Below the pieces are notes generated by a model. That model had not been told where the DNA came from. It saw nothing but the letters and a program-made list of their open reading frames with translations, and made no database searches. From Nostoc sp. (GTDB taxonomy: Bacteria > Cyanobacteriota > Cyanobacteriia > Cyanobacteriales > Nostocaceae): DNA of 64,000 nucleotides. A program made the position numbers and the translations under genes. Below, in pieces: positions 25,113-37,939 of this stretch. Location of the stretch: positions 32,001 to 96,000 of the forward strand of contig JBALDB010000018.1 of NCBI GenBank assembly GCA_036918135.1, read 5' to 3'. Position 1 is the first letter of the stretch; every line of letters begins with the position of its first letter.

Positions 25113-25164
25113 TAGGGTGAGTGATTTATACTAATTAAACCAATAGTATAAATCACTCACCCTA
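25113..25164. terminator. Perfect 21-bp inverted repeat, probable terminator
   Basis: TAGGGTGAGTGATTTATACTA-N10-TAGTATAAATCACTCACCCTA. Confidence 0.65.
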
Positions 25165-25264
25165 AAAAATATTTACAATAAATAATGATGACTAAGGAAC
25201 TAGGAAAAGAAAATTATTGCTGACTTCGAGTTACCCATTCACCATTATCTCTAACGCAAGAGAA

Positions 25265-26638
25265 TTATTTAGCTACCAAAACTGGCTGTTTTGCTTGTGA
25301 ATGCATTAATTCGGCAGTTGAATGCACTAATTCTTTTGCTGTTGATTGCACTAATTCGGCTGCTGAGTGTACTAATTCTTTTGCTGTTGATGCTACTGGT
25401 TGTGGCTGCGACAATTGAATGTAAAGTTCACTCAGTTGATTAGCGACGCCATCCCAACTAAATTTAGTTTCAACGCGCTTTCTACCAGCTTTGCCGAGTT
25501 TGTCTCGCCATTCTGGATTCAACGAAATTCTGTCGATCGCATTTGCGAAAGCAGTTACATCTTGCGCTGGTGCTAATAAACCAGTTTCTTCGTTAACTAC
25601 AGTAAACTGAAGTCCACCAACATCACTAGCTACCACTGGTGTACCGCTAGCCATCGCTTCAATTGCCACGAGTCCAAACGGCTCGTAGTGACTGGGAACA
25701 ACGCAAACATCAGCTGCTCCGTAATAAGTTGGTAAAACATCTTGACTTAAACGACCGGCAAAGGTGGTGAAATCACTCATCCCTAATTCGTTAACGATTT
25801 GCTCAATGCGATCGCGCTCAATTCCGTCGCTGTTACCTGGAGTACTACCACCACCAATAATTAACCGCACTTTGTTGGACTCGCGCACTTTAGACTCACT
25901 TACTGCACGCACTAAGGTTTCTATCCCTTTACGTTGATCGAAACGACCGACATATAATATAACTTTGGTTTCTGGATCGATTCCCAGTTCTAATCTGGCT
26001 GCATCTCGTCCAATCGAACCAAATCTCTGAATATCTGTACCGCAGGGAATAATATCAATATTGCCTTTTTTGGAAACAAGCGATCGCATATGTTCTTTTT
26101 CCTGGGGACTCGTTGCTACAATTCGCTCTGCTGTCTCCAACACTTGTTTTTCCACTGCCAATCGCTGACTGGCAATCTGGGGAATATTCTCTATAGTGTT
26201 ATATTTTACTGCTCCTAAAGAGTGGTAGGTGTGAACCTGTTTAACTCCTTGGATTCTCTTCAACTCCATTCCTACCCAGCTGGAAAGCCAGTAGTTGGTG
26301 TGAACTAACTGGTAGGTAATACCATTTTTTCCTTGAAATTTGAGAAAATTATCTATAAATTCTGGTAAATATCCAAAAATATTATCTCGTGGCACAAACT
26401 CCAAGGGGCCTGCTTTTAAACGAATCGTTCGACAATTCTCGCTATGCTGAACGATTGAGTCTTGCTCCAAACTTACTTTGCGGGTAAACATATCAACTTT
26501 CCATCCTATATGCGCTAGTGCTTCACCCACATGGCGCACGTAAACATTTTGTCCCCCAGCTTCTTCTTTCCCTATTTCAATAGCTGGGTCTCCGTGAACG
26601 GAAATCAAGGCAATACGTTTTTCGGTGGTAGAGTTCAT
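25265..26638 (-). CDS. GT4 glycosyltransferase (MshA/sucrose-phosphate synthase-like)
   Basis: ISVHGDP..AGGQNVYV, HTNYWLS, YEPFGLVAIEAMASG. Confidence 0.9.
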   Translation of the reverse strand: MNSTTEKRIALISVHGDPAIEIGKEEAGGQNVYVRHVGEALAHIGWKVDMFTRKVSLEQDSIVQHSENCRTIRLKAGPLEFVPRDNIFGYLPEFIDNFLKFQGKNGITYQLVHTNYWLSSWVGMELKRIQGVKQVHTYHSLGAVKYNTIENIPQIASQRLAVEKQVLETAERIVATSPQEKEHMRSLVSKKGNIDIIPCGTDIQRFGSIGRDAARLELGIDPETKVILYVGRFDQRKGIETLVRAVSESKVRESNKVRLIIGGGSTPGNSDGIERDRIEQIVNELGMSDFTTFAGRLSQDVLPTYYGAADVCVVPSHYEPFGLVAIEAMASGTPVVASDVGGLQFTVVNEETGLLAPAQDVTAFANAIDRISLNPEWRDKLGKAGRKRVETKFSWDGVANQLSELYIQLSQPQPVASTAKELVHSAAELVQSTAKELVHSTAELMHSQAKQPVLVAK

Positions 26639-27598
26639 AGTTTGTGTGTTGCGAATTGTAACAAAGTTTTAGCCGATTCCAAGTTGGCGTATATTGAGAG
26701 TACGCTGACCTGATTTATTGAAGAACTTTAATTAATGTTGAGTTTAATTTACTATATCTAATATTTTTTTACATCTTCTGCCAGAAATAGGCTTTAAGAT
26801 TAAGTATTAGATATTTAATTATTTCTCTAGAAATATCTAATTAATATATAGAATACTTATAAGCAGTGAAATTCTATTCTTTATTTTCTTGATAGAAAGC
26901 TAATTCCGTAGAGTTGGGTAAGTACAACAGCTAAGTGATGCTGGATGAACTCAGTATGATTTAAGGAAAAATCGCAAACAACTCAACTCTCCCAGTCTTA
27001 CTCATATAATTAGTTTTATTTTATACCTTTCATAATCGTAATTCCCTAGATTAGGACAATGTTGATTGTTCAAAGCAGTGAAGCAACTAGGCACTTTGCT
27101 GTAGTGCGAAAATTAGAGGTAGAAGAACTAACTAAAATTTAGTATCACTAGGTCAAATTAAAAATGCTTATGAGGTTAATAGTTCAATAATTTGTGGCAG
27201 GCTTTATAAAGAGAAATATAATAGCTGTATTGTTGCTGTGTTTTACTAGTTCATTTAAATAAGGGGTCTTTACGACGGACTCTCGCTAAGCGACTGTAGT
27301 TAAAAACTGGTTAAACAGAAAACATTTACTTTTCTATTGTCAATCATGGTTGAAACAACATACACGCGCTGTAGTTATTTCATAGTAAGTTTTATTTGGA
27401 GTACGGTTCGATAAATTGTGCTTTAATAAATAGCTATAGCAACAGACAAACCCAAATGCATGGGGTTTGCACCATAGCACTTACAAAATTATCTGCAAGC
27501 AGTTTTTAATTAAGCAGTTAGAGAAGAATTGACAATTAAAAATTAAAAATCAAAAAAATAATTCTGATTTTTAATTTTTAATTTCTCTCCCTTAAGGA

Positions 27599-28096
27599 TT
27601 AATTCGTAGTTTGTGCAGCTAGCATTTGTTTGAGCTTTTCTAATTCTGAAGCCCAACGGGGATCTGGACGAATAGCATCTGACTCTGTAGTCGTGGTGCT
27701 TTCACGAGAACCTCCGCCACCGCCCCGACGAGGCTTCTTAGAGCCTTTCTCACGACGGCTACCTTCTTTATTAGTGTTAGGAGTAGGGTTATTACTAGCA
27801 ACATTAACTGCTTTAGGAGCTTGCTCCTCGCCCTCCTCACCTTTTGTACGAGGTAATGCCTTCTCTAGCTTGATGGGAGTGTCTTTGAACATCTGACCAT
27901 TATACTTTTCAATTATTTGGTCAGCTTGTTCGTCATTATTGACCGTCAGAAAACCAAAACCACGGCATTTGCCAGTTTTGCGGTCTTTAATTAATTTAGT
28001 AGTTACAGCATCACCTTCAGCTGCAAAAACTGCTTGTAGATCTTGACGATCGATTTCTTCTTTGGGCAAATTACCTATATATAGGCGAACGGACAT
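27599..28096 (-). CDS. RRM RNA-binding protein (Rbp3-like)
   Basis: LYIGNL (RNP2), RGFGF (RNP1), PDPRWA tail. Confidence 0.9.
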   Translation of the reverse strand: MSVRLYIGNLPKEEIDRQDLQAVFAAEGDAVTTKLIKDRKTGKCRGFGFLTVNNDEQADQIIEKYNGQMFKDTPIKLEKALPRTKGEEGEEQAPKAVNVASNNPTPNTNKEGSRREKGSKKPRRGGGGGSRESTTTTESDAIRPDPRWASELEKLKQMLAAQTTN

Positions 28097-28679
28097 GAAC
28101 TATACCTCCAACAGATGAATGAACATGGCAAGGTGAGAAAACCATTACTTGGCTTTGGCTTTTAAATAGATGCTATTGACAAACACTGCCACCAACCAAT
28201 TTTTTTGTTCCAAACTATCAACCTTTACAATACAGTTTTTCGTTGGGATCAAGCTTAATAAATCCAAAGGCTCAAACTACAATGAGCTAATAACACCTTA
28301 ATTCTAAGAATTGTAAATTTAATAGCCTACTGTCTGCCAAAGTACACGCTTTCTTCAATGCCCTTTTTCGCAGAATAAAATACCATTCTTTACATTACCA
28401 CGGTATTTTCTACCTAGCTAGTTTAGCGCATACATTTTCGACTTTAGTATTATTGTATCGTAGCATAAAACACATTTTTTCTTCAAGGCAGGATTTCTGG
28501 AAACAAAAACCAGCCAGTGGCTGGTTAATTTGCTGCTGTGTTGGGAGGATGAAAAGGTATGGAAAGGGGAAAAAGCATCCGAATTCATCACAAAGCGATG
28601 AGGCTGAGTTATGTCGGTTGCTATTGTTTGTGTAAATAAATGTAACACTAGGGAATAAAACCTGCAACTTTTGTTTACA

Positions 28680-28770
28680 TTTCGGTTTGTCCTTTGTCCT
28701 TTGTCCTTTGTCATTTGTTCTCGATCCAAAGCAAATAACTAATGACTAATAACCAATGACCAATGACTAA
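28680..28770. repeat. STRR heptamer repeats (also near 22965, 49440, 49580, 52280, 52430)
   Basis: (TTTGTCC)n and (AATGACT)n. Confidence 0.8.
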
Positions 28771-31058
28771 CCAGTGAGAAAAATATATGCACCCCAAGCT
28801 TGTGCTGCAACTGCTAAAGCAGTAGACCAAATGGGATGAGGGCTGTGAATGGTTTTACCAGTTTGAGTTTCCAGCGTTTGGATATCGATCCAAGGTGTTG
28901 CTCCTCGCCGGAACCAACCTGTGACAATAATTTGCCGACCAATCAAATCCTGGTGATTGAGTGATTGTCCCAGCCAAGAAACGTGGTGTAATTTTACTAA
29001 GCCTGCGCTTGATTGTAAGATTAAGTCTTGGGCTAAAGAGTTGCTAGTACCTTGACGACCTAATAATTTGCCTACAAGACGCACGCTGATGCTGTCGATG
29101 GGTAAGGCAGAAGGGTCAGCTAATAAGTTGGGCAGGCAATCATCAGTTTGCACAGTGGCAGATTTAATATCGGGGAAGAAAGAATTAATCCGGATCACTG
29201 TACCGATGCTAAAGCCAATCAAAAGGCAGCCTGTAATGAAAGACCAATCTTCATAGATCCACTTGAGATTTAAAAATCGAAAAGCGAACGCTAATTGCCA
29301 CGTTAGCCAAACCAAACCAGCAAACAAAAACCCTAAAGGAATTCCTAACCAGGGAGCAATTTGTAATAAGAAAGACTGACGCTTAACTTTTAATGCTTGT
29401 TGGCTAGGGAAATGTAATTCGGTATCTAGATGCCAGCGATCGCCTATTTGGCAGAGGCGTTGGATGCGATCGCCCACCAGAGGATGGCTATTATTAATCG
29501 TAAACCATCGGCGATAGGGATTAACAATATCCCATTTCAAAAAGGATTCAAAAGAGAGATTACTGGCAATAGTGCCTAAAGAAAGACTTTGTTGGTGGCT
29601 AACTGGTGCGACGATATTTAAGCTTTCCAACTGCCAACTAGTGTGTTCTTGTTTTTGGATATCAGCTGCTATTCCAATAGCAATTTTGAGTAAAGCCCGA
29701 ATTAGAGCATTGGGATTACCAGTAACCTCGGCTGCAACGCGATCGCTATAATAATGCCGCAACCGCGACAACCACAATCCAGTCCCAGTCAGCAAACACC
29801 AAACTCCATAAATCAGACTAGCTACAATTGTCACAGGAGTGCGCCAAATTTTGCCTGATATGCCATCGCCCAACTTTGATACTTGCTCGTATACCTTATA
29901 AGTTGGTAGTGTCACCAGCAACAACAAAGACATGACTATAAAATCCCAGTAAGCAATATGCCCTAGCTGGGTGGCGTAAACGATCGCAATTTCATCATCT
30001 GCTAGTTGTTCTAACAACCCTTGACTGACTACAATCCTTGCGTTACGTGGTAAACTACCATAACTAAGAATAATTGGTGCAGTCATTGGCAAAATTCGCA
30101 GTTTGGGTAACGGCCAGTGCCGTTGTTGGCAACAACGTTGTAGCACCCGAACCGCTTCTCGACTATGAGCATTCAATACATCTTTGGTAAATTCTCGTTG
30201 ACCATAGAAGTTTGCTAGTAGCAGATCTAGTAACCAAGGTGATACTCCCATCAAAATTACCAACACGATTAGCAACAATCGCGTTGGGTCATTGTATAAA
30301 AATTGTAATGGTTCTACATAGGGAAGTTTATCTAAAGCCTGGTTGATGAATCCCAATATTAACTTGAGGATTTCTCGGATCGCCCAAAACAGGGCGATGA
30401 ATGTTCCTGCTGCTAACAGCCGCAAGGGGATTAATTTTGGCTTACGTAGGGGTTGCCATGCCCTGGCGCGTTGTGCTTGTCGCCAATAAATAACGCCGAA
30501 TAGTTTGGCTTGGGTACGGGTGACAGAACCCATGAAGCCGTTGAGAGGCGGCGAAGGTGGAGGTGGTGTGACAGTAGCTTTGAGTTTAGCTAGTGGCACC
30601 ATCGTTGGGACGTTGTGGCTGTTGGTCGATGTTAGTAGTTCGTCTTTCGGTTTCTCCTCTGATGCCGGAGTATCTGGGGGTGAATTCTCAAAGGCAACAA
30701 ATCCAGTTTCGACATTTTTTGATTCTGTTTCAGGTTTTTTACGTTTTGTCAAATGTTCGAGAGCGCGTGTTGCCCACTCTTGAACTTGGGGATTGTTACT
30801 CTCGATCAAACTTTGGGAAAAAGCGATCGCTTTGGAGACTTCGCCAGTGCGGGCATAAGCCATCACTAAACCAACCCTTGCTTGTAAATTAGCAGTCGCA
30901 TTAGTTTCGCTGCTAGCAAGAGGTTCTAACTGAACGATCGCTGTTTGATAATTTCCCTGCTTGAGGGCAACTAAACCAGCCTCCAAAGACGATTTGGCAT
31001 GTGAAGGCATACAGATTCTGGCACTCCAATCTCTTCTAAACGATCCACGTCTGGGCAA
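28767..31058 (-). CDS. TPR plus M48-like membrane protein with degenerate HExxH
   Basis: VVSQGLL..L.DDEI..ATQLGH, SHPL..RI; likely start at MPSH. Confidence 0.8.
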   Translation of the reverse strand: MPRRGSFRRDWSARICMPSHAKSSLEAGLVALKQGNYQTAIVQLEPLASSETNATANLQARVGLVMAYARTGEVSKAIAFSQSLIESNNPQVQEWATRALEHLTKRKKPETESKNVETGFVAFENSPPDTPASEEKPKDELLTSTNSHNVPTMVPLAKLKATVTPPPPSPPLNGFMGSVTRTQAKLFGVIYWRQAQRARAWQPLRKPKLIPLRLLAAGTFIALFWAIREILKLILGFINQALDKLPYVEPLQFLYNDPTRLLLIVLVILMGVSPWLLDLLLANFYGQREFTKDVLNAHSREAVRVLQRCCQQRHWPLPKLRILPMTAPIILSYGSLPRNARIVVSQGLLEQLADDEIAIVYATQLGHIAYWDFIVMSLLLLVTLPTYKVYEQVSKLGDGISGKIWRTPVTIVASLIYGVWCLLTGTGLWLSRLRHYYSDRVAAEVTGNPNALIRALLKIAIGIAADIQKQEHTSWQLESLNIVAPVSHQQSLSLGTIASNLSFESFLKWDIVNPYRRWFTINNSHPLVGDRIQRLCQIGDRWHLDTELHFPSQQALKVKRQSFLLQIAPWLGIPLGFLFAGLVWLTWQLAFAFRFLNLKWIYEDWSFITGCLLIGFSIGTVIRINSFFPDIKSATVQTDDCLPNLLADPSALPIDSISVRLVGKLLGRQGTSNSLAQDLILQSSAGLVKLHHVSWLGQSLNHQDLIGRQIIVTGWFRRGATPWIDIQTLETQTGKTIHSPHPIWSTALAVAAQAWGAYIFLTG

Positions 31059-31367
31059 AAGCGCGAACTTCAGATGCCGTGGAAATCAACTGTGCCCAGC
31101 TAAGTCCAACCTGCGAATAAAGAAGTCAGAATTCAGGAGTTAGAATTCAGCAGCAAACCCCTAGACTGCCAAAGCTCTCGTCAAGAGTCAGAATTAAATT
31201 CTGTACTACTGGCGGATGCATTAAGTGAGTTAAGACCCGATCGAATTTTTAATTTGGTTCTCTTCAATCAGTTAAAGACTGGGACTTTCACTCTCTCGAA
31301 AAGTTCAGCTTGCAGCAAGCCTTGGCTGTAACTTTTAGCTGATTAATTCTGAATTCTGTATTTTTCT

Positions 31368-32996
31368 TCATTCCTCCACTGGTTGTTGACTAGAAAATAC
31401 TGGGGCGATCGCGCTTAATTTCAACTCTGCATGGTCACTCTCTAACTGTTGACAATTCCATTCATTCCGGAATAGCAACACTGGGCGTCCCATACTGTCT
31501 TTGACTGTAGTGGTATTGAATAAACGTCCCACCTGATTTAATGCTTCCCAACCACCTTCAACCCAACGGGCGACACTGTAGGGTAATAAATCTAGTATGG
31601 TTTCTACACCATACTCATTTTGTAAGCGAAACTGCACCACCTCAAATTGCAACTGACCCACCGCCGCTAAAATTGGATCGCGCTTGGCTTCATCAGTTGA
31701 ATACATAATTTGCACAGCACCTTCTTCGCGCAATTCCGCAACACCTTTTTGGAATTGCTTAAACTTCGAGGGGTTGGGGTTCCTGAGAGTTGCAAACAGT
31801 TCCGGCGAAAAATACGGAATGCCTTCATATTCCAGCTTTTGCCCCGTGTAAATTGTATCCCCGATCGCAAAAACACCGGGATTGTTCAAACCGATCACAT
31901 CGCCGGGATAAGCCTCATCAATCGATTCCCTCTCCTGAGCAAAGAGTTTTTGCGGACGGGAAAGACGGACAAATTTACCAGTGCGAGCGTGATTCACCAT
32001 CATATCTTTTTCAAACTTACCAGTGCAGACCCGGACAAATGCGACGCGATCGCGGTGTTTCGGGTCCATGTTTGCTTGCAGTTTGAACACAAACCCAGAA
32101 AACTCTGGGTATGTGGGAGGAACTTCACCAACAGTGCTGTTGTGAGAACCGGGTTTGAGGGCATAGTCTAGGAAGTACTTGAGGAATAACTCTACCCCAA
32201 AATTTGTCATGGCGCTACCAAAGAATACTGGCGTCATTTTGCCTTCATGTATCAACTGCAAATCTAGCTCTGGGCCAACTCCATCTAACAGTTCTAGATC
32301 GTTTTTCAGTTGATAGTACAGGTCTTGTTCTAGCAGCTGTTCTATTCTTCGATCGCCTAATTCTACTATCGTATCACGAGCTTCTCGGCTGCCGTGGGCA
32401 CTGCGTTCAAACAAGTGAATTTGTTGCTTGTGTCGGTCAAAGACACCTTTAAAGCGATCGCCCATGCCGATCGGCCAGTTTACGGCATAAGTTTGCAATC
32501 CCAATTCTTGCTCAATCTCGTCTAAAAGTTCTAGAGGTTCTCTTCCTGGGCGATCGAGCTTGTTGACAAATGTAAAAATCGGGATACCCCGCAGCTTACA
32601 CACTTCAAACAATTTGCGGGTTTGCGGTTCTAAACCTTTGGCCACATCAATCAGCATCACTGCATTATCAGCGGCAGCCAGAGTTCGATAAGTATCTTCA
32701 CTGAAATCCTGGTGACCAGGTGTATCTAATAAATTTATTTGGCAGTTCTGGTATGCAAATTGCAACACCGTGGAAGTAATCGAAATACCCCGTTGTTGTT
32801 CCATCGCCATCCAATCTGACGTAGCTTTACGCTGTGCCCGTCGCGCCTTGACCGCCCCAGCTTCGTGAATTGCACCTCCGTATAGCAGTAGCTTTTCTGT
32901 CAGTGTAGTTTTACCAGCATCAGGGTGAGATATAATTGCAAAGTTGCGCCGAAGTTCAACTGCGCGATCGAGTTCAGACTCAAGTTCAATTGACAT
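31368..32996 (-). CDS. prfC: Peptide chain release factor 3
   Basis: [23 protein letters not shown]. Confidence 0.98.
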   Translation of the reverse strand: MSIELESELDRAVELRRNFAIISHPDAGKTTLTEKLLLYGGAIHEAGAVKARRAQRKATSDWMAMEQQRGISITSTVLQFAYQNCQINLLDTPGHQDFSEDTYRTLAAADNAVMLIDVAKGLEPQTRKLFEVCKLRGIPIFTFVNKLDRPGREPLELLDEIEQELGLQTYAVNWPIGMGDRFKGVFDRHKQQIHLFERSAHGSREARDTIVELGDRRIEQLLEQDLYYQLKNDLELLDGVGPELDLQLIHEGKMTPVFFGSAMTNFGVELFLKYFLDYALKPGSHNSTVGEVPPTYPEFSGFVFKLQANMDPKHRDRVAFVRVCTGKFEKDMMVNHARTGKFVRLSRPQKLFAQERESIDEAYPGDVIGLNNPGVFAIGDTIYTGQKLEYEGIPYFSPELFATLRNPNPSKFKQFQKGVAELREEGAVQIMYSTDEAKRDPILAAVGQLQFEVVQFRLQNEYGVETILDLLPYSVARWVEGGWEALNQVGRLFNTTTVKDSMGRPVLLFRNEWNCQQLESDHAELKLSAIAPVFSSQQPVEE

Positions 32997-33120
32997 AACT
33001 GTATTTGTTTGTAACTTAACTTAATTTTTTTTGACTTTGGCAAGTCTTTTAATCTTAAGACAACGATGCTCGTGATAGGGTCGTAATATAACCAACAATC
33101 TGACTAAATAGGAGAAACGA

Positions 33121-33480
33121 ATGTACGACACAGACAAGCGAAAGCTTTTATCGGCCTTGTCTCATGGAGCTATTTTTTTTAGTACCGCTATTGTATCTGT
33201 AGGTATACCTATTGCCATACTGCTGGTATCTGACGATCCTATTGTTAAAGAAAACGCCAAAGAATCCATCAATTTCCACTTTAATGTCTGGTTTTATGGA
33301 GCGATTCTAGGAGCGCTGTTTATTTTATTCGGTTGGTTGGTCTTACCGCTATTGTTACTGGGACCATTAGCAGGTATTGGCTATTTTTTGCATTGGGGAC
33401 TAACAATTTGGGCAATCACGCAGGTTTTTAGCAATCCTGATATACCTTTTCGCTATCCCTTTATTTTCCGAGTTTTTTAG
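33121..33480 (+). CDS. DUF4870-like membrane protein
   Basis: LSH..KENAKESINF..FRYPF. Confidence 0.8.
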   Translation: MYDTDKRKLLSALSHGAIFFSTAIVSVGIPIAILLVSDDPIVKENAKESINFHFNVWFYGAILGALFILFGWLVLPLLLLGPLAGIGYFLHWGLTIWAITQVFSNPDIPFRYPFIFRVF

Positions 33481-34040
33481 CATAAATTCTCGGCATCGGG
33501 CATTGGGCATTGGTAATTATGGGTTATTTTTTATTTTTGTTGTTGTACCTTGATGCAGACAACTAATAGCCGGATTTTACCAGCAGAGGGTGTAAGAATC
33601 TTCAATTCGTCAATTTTGAATCATTTATTGTTTATAGATACAATGCCCTATGCCCATTTTTCATTTGTAATATTGTTTTTTTAGTTCGTTAGATACATGT
33701 CAGAATAATTTGTAATTGATAATGATGCTTCTATGTTGCTAACGCTACGAAGACAGTAATTCGTAATTTTCATCCTAGACTTTAATCGGGGGCTTGAAAA
33801 AGGCTGACTATTTTTTATCTCCATCTAATGAATTGAGAGGTTTGTACCATTAATTACGAATTGGTGATTATTTGGTCAGCCAAGCTGTAAAATACAAAAT
33901 TGCCCCACAGTCTCGATTAAGAGTAGGGCAAATGTCAGTTAAGCTACTTATTGTAGTCTGTCTGATGGCAGGAAAGTTTTATCCTGTTTTTGTGACGCTT
34001 TGTTTTGTGTCCATTTGCGTTGTTTTTCTGAAGAAAATTT

Positions 34041-35021
34041 ATGTTTCCTACACATCGCCCCCGCCGTCTGCGTACCCATCCCCAACTGCGCCGAATGGTT
34101 CGTGAAACTGTTTTGACAACAAGCGATTTCATTTACCCACTATTTGCCGTACCAGGTGAAGGAATCGCTAATGAGGTCAAATCCATGCCCGGAGTGTACC
34201 AGCTTTCGGTAGATAAAATTGTCGAGGAAGCAAAAGAAGTTTATGATTTAGGAATTCCTGCAATCATTCTATTTGGTATTCCAGCTGATAAAGATGTGGA
34301 TGCCACTGGTGCTTGGCATGATTGCGGTATCGTCCAAAAAGCTGCAACTGCCGTAAAAGCAGCAGTACCTGATTTGATTATAGTTGCTGATACTTGTTTG
34401 TGTGAGTATACCAGTCACGGACACTGTGGTTATTTGCAAGTTGGTGATTTAACAGGACGAGTTTTAAATGACCCAACCCTAGAATTGTTGAAAAAAACAG
34501 CAGTTTCCCAAGCAAACGCCGGTGCTGATATCATTGCGCCTTCGGGGATGATGGATGGCTTTGTACAAGCAATTCGTCAGGGTTTGGATGAAGCTGGATT
34601 CCAAGACACACCGATTTTGTCTTATGCTGCTAAGTATGCTTCGGCTTATTATGGACCATTTCGGGATGCAGCAGATTCGACGCCGCAATTTGGAGACAGA
34701 AGAACTTACCAAATGGACCCAGGTAATGGTCGCGAAGCAATTAAAGAAATTGAATTAGATATTGCTGAAGGTGCTGATATGCTCATGGTTAAGCCAGCTT
34801 TGGCATACATGGACATTATCTGGCGCGTAAAGGAAGCGAGTAATTTACCTGTTGCGGCTTACAATGTTTCTGGTGAGTATTCGATGGTGAAAGCTGCGGC
34901 TCTGAATGGTTGGGTGGATGAGCAACGTGTGGTTTTGGAAACTTTAACTGGGTTTAAACGCGCTGGGGCAGATTTGATTTTGACTTATCATGCTAAAGAT
35001 GCAGCGCGATGGTTAAAGTAG
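34041..35021 (+). CDS. hemB: Porphobilinogen synthase
   Basis: [17 protein letters not shown]. Confidence 0.98.
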   Translation: MFPTHRPRRLRTHPQLRRMVRETVLTTSDFIYPLFAVPGEGIANEVKSMPGVYQLSVDKIVEEAKEVYDLGIPAIILFGIPADKDVDATGAWHDCGIVQKAATAVKAAVPDLIIVADTCLCEYTSHGHCGYLQVGDLTGRVLNDPTLELLKKTAVSQANAGADIIAPSGMMDGFVQAIRQGLDEAGFQDTPILSYAAKYASAYYGPFRDAADSTPQFGDRRTYQMDPGNGREAIKEIELDIAEGADMLMVKPALAYMDIIWRVKEASNLPVAAYNVSGEYSMVKAAALNGWVDEQRVVLETLTGFKRAGADLILTYHAKDAARWLK

Positions 35022-35623
35022 GGTGGGCAATTGAATAGTAACGATTTAATAAATCTCACGCAAAGACGCGAAGGTGCAAAATTTTTTGTATTTTGGTGTT
35101 TGGGCGTGAGATTATTGTATTTTGGGTTTGACTAGTGCAAAATTTCAAATATTGAATTACTGAATATGAAGCACAAGATTTAAAAATTCAATATTTTAAA
35201 CTTTTATAACGTTTTGTATTCGTCCATTGATTCGTAATCAAAGCACAGGTTAATACATTTTAGTAGCCCAAAAACTTAAGATAAACAATGTTTTCATTTG
35301 TTCTACGGTAGGCATATTTAAAATAATGCGTAATTCATAATTCAAGTTAGTTTGAGACGCTGATTTAGCCGCATTTCTCTCAATTACTGCGATGTCTGCA
35401 ACTACTACGCCTGCGTATTAATCGTAACCTTTATCTAGACGATGTTTTGGACTTTTTTAATGGCTAATAACTAAATTGGTTAATTTTTCAATGTTGGCTA
35501 ATTACATTTCATGTACATTTTGTAAGTGATAATACACAAAAAAAAGATTCCATCGTTTGCCAGAGGGCGAGGCGATCGCTTATAAAAGAAGATAGTTAAT
35601 AAATTTTTCTCAATTGGCATTTA

Positions 35624-35965
35624 ATGTCAATTGATTTAACAAAAGCATTCAATATTTTCGAGGGAGCATGGGATATGGATATGCAAGTCCTGAGAGAGCG
35701 TGCTGGTCTTAGCCGTGCAGAGGTTGCCTTCAGGCTTGCAATCAGTGAAACCAGTGTTCGCAACTGGGAAGCTGGGCGTACTGAACCTACAATGACGCCA
35801 AAAAAATATTTAGATGCTTTGCATCTGTTCAAATGTACACCTGAAGAGTTGGCAACGGCAAGTGAAAAGTCAATAAATCAGCGACATAAACGCAAACCAG
35901 GTAGACCGAGACGCTTTGCACAGACTCAAGTATCTCAAGTAACTGATTCTCCAGTTTGTAACTGA
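35624..35965 (+). CDS. XRE-family HTH regulator
   Basis: LRERAGLSRAEVA..SVRNWEAGRTEP. Confidence 0.85.
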   Translation: MSIDLTKAFNIFEGAWDMDMQVLRERAGLSRAEVAFRLAISETSVRNWEAGRTEPTMTPKKYLDALHLFKCTPEELATASEKSINQRHKRKPGRPRRFAQTQVSQVTDSPVCN

Positions 35966-36631
35966 TAACTTGCTTACTAAAAGTTGAGTATATGGCTTGT
36001 TCGGGGTAAAGACTTGAAAAATCCGATAGAATCTAACTTAAGAATATAGATTTATTGATTTGCAATTTATAATCAAAAATTCGCTAGCTGTCTTCGTAAC
36101 CTAATGTTTCTCAGGTACTGGTGCATTAAGCTGATATGAACTCAACACTAGTCAGGCATTTGACCATCAGCTACTCATTGTGCCCCTGTTATGCAGCTAA
36201 AGTTTGAAGTTTAATTTTGCTTTAGTGAAGAGAGTTCCACTTCTACCACTGCTTGAAATATAGAATTTTGCTCTTGATGGACAAATTTCTCATACCTGAA
36301 GTGTAGAAAATTAGCAAAGTTCTCCGAATCTGTTTGATGGCTGAGGAAACATATACTACCGTGTATTTACGTAGGTATGAGAATTGAGTAGCAACTTTGA
36401 TATAGTTGTCTCTGCTATTTATCTCTGTTTAGGGGGAAAATAGCAATTAAACAGACACTACAGGAGATGAAAAATTACAAATAATCATCAAAGCAACTTT
36501 TTAGCAATTCTTAGGTCTATGCCTGGGGCGGTTCATTTAGACAACCAAACTCCAACTAGTGCGATCGCTCACGGTATTTGCCACAGCCACACGATAAAAT
36601 TCTAAAACCATAATCGTACTAAAAGGTCTAA

Positions 36632-37615
36632 ATGGCAGAAACACTATTCTTCAACGCCTTGCGTGAAGCCATTGACGAAGAAATGGCGCGTGACTCCAGC
36701 GTATTTGTTCTTGGTGAAGACGTGGGACACTACGGCGGCTCCTACAAAGTTACCAAAGACCTGTACCAAAAGTATGGCGAACTCCGAATTCTAGACACCC
36801 CCATCGCCGAAAACAGCTTTACCGGCTTGGCAGTGGGAGCAGCCATGACTGGGTTGCGCCCCATCATCGAAGGTATGAATATGGGCTTTTTACTCCTAGC
36901 CTTCAATCAAATATCTAACAACGCTGGGATGCTGCGCTATACTTCCGGAGGTAACTTCAAAATTCCGATGGTCATTCGCGGCCCTGGAGGTGTAGGACGG
37001 CAGCTAGGGGCTGAACATTCCCAGCGACTAGAAACCTACTTCCAAGCGGTGCCAGGTTTGAAGATTGTTGCCTGTTCCACACCCAGAAACGCTAAAGGAT
37101 TACTAAAATCAGCGATCCGCGATGATAACCCAGTCTTATTCTTTGAACACGTTCTCCTTTACAACTTAAAAGAAGACTTACCAGAAGAAGAATACCTGCT
37201 GCCCCTAGATAAAGCAGAAGTTGTGCGTAAAGGTAAAGATGTCACAATTATAACTTATTCACGGATGCGCCATCATGTACTGCAAGCAGTAAAAACATTG
37301 GAAAAACAAGGATACGATCCAGAAGTTATTGATTTAATATCTCTCAAACCATTAGATTTTGATACCATTGGTGCATCAATAAGAAAAACCCATAAAGTCA
37401 TTGTAGTGGAAGAATCCATGCGAACTGCGGGTATAGGAGCAGAAGTCATCGCTTCAATTAACGATCGCTTATTCGATGAATTGGATGCACCAGTACTGCG
37501 GCTTTCTTCCCAAGATATTCCTACACCATATAACGGTAATCTGGAGCGATTAACAATTGTCCAACCAGAGCAAATAGTGGAAGCTGTAGAAAAAATGGTA
37601 GCTTTGCGGGTGTAG
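36632..37615 (+). CDS. pdhB: Pyruvate dehydrogenase E1 beta subunit
   Basis: GEDVG, DTPIAE, GAEHSQ. Confidence 0.97.
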   Translation: MAETLFFNALREAIDEEMARDSSVFVLGEDVGHYGGSYKVTKDLYQKYGELRILDTPIAENSFTGLAVGAAMTGLRPIIEGMNMGFLLLAFNQISNNAGMLRYTSGGNFKIPMVIRGPGGVGRQLGAEHSQRLETYFQAVPGLKIVACSTPRNAKGLLKSAIRDDNPVLFFEHVLLYNLKEDLPEEEYLLPLDKAEVVRKGKDVTIITYSRMRHHVLQAVKTLEKQGYDPEVIDLISLKPLDFDTIGASIRKTHKVIVVEESMRTAGIGAEVIASINDRLFDELDAPVLRLSSQDIPTPYNGNLERLTIVQPEQIVEAVEKMVALRV

Positions 37616-37619
37616 AGAC

Positions 37620-37870
37620 TGGGGCTGGGGAGATGGGGGAGTGTGGGCAGATGAGGAGATGGGGGAAAAGATGAGGAGATGGGGGAGTGTGGGGAGAAAG
37701 GGGGGAAAGATTTCTTTCCTATCCTCCTACACCCCCTTTTCCTCCCACCCCTGCATTTCTTGCCCATCCTCCCACACCTCCAAAACCTCCTTTTCCTCCC
37801 ACCCCTGCATTTCTTGCCCATCCTCCCATACCTCCAAAACCTCCCACACTTCCTGTTTGCCCAATGCCCA
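37620..37870. repeat. Purine-rich then pyrimidine-rich repeat tract with a 54-bp tandem duplication
   Basis: GAGATGGGGG repeats; units 37737-37790 and 37791-37844. Confidence 0.8.
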
Positions 37871-37939
37871 ATCCTCAATCCCCATTCATAACTCTACAAA
37901 AGAGCGCTATTATAGCCTTTGTCAGTTGCGAGTTATGGT

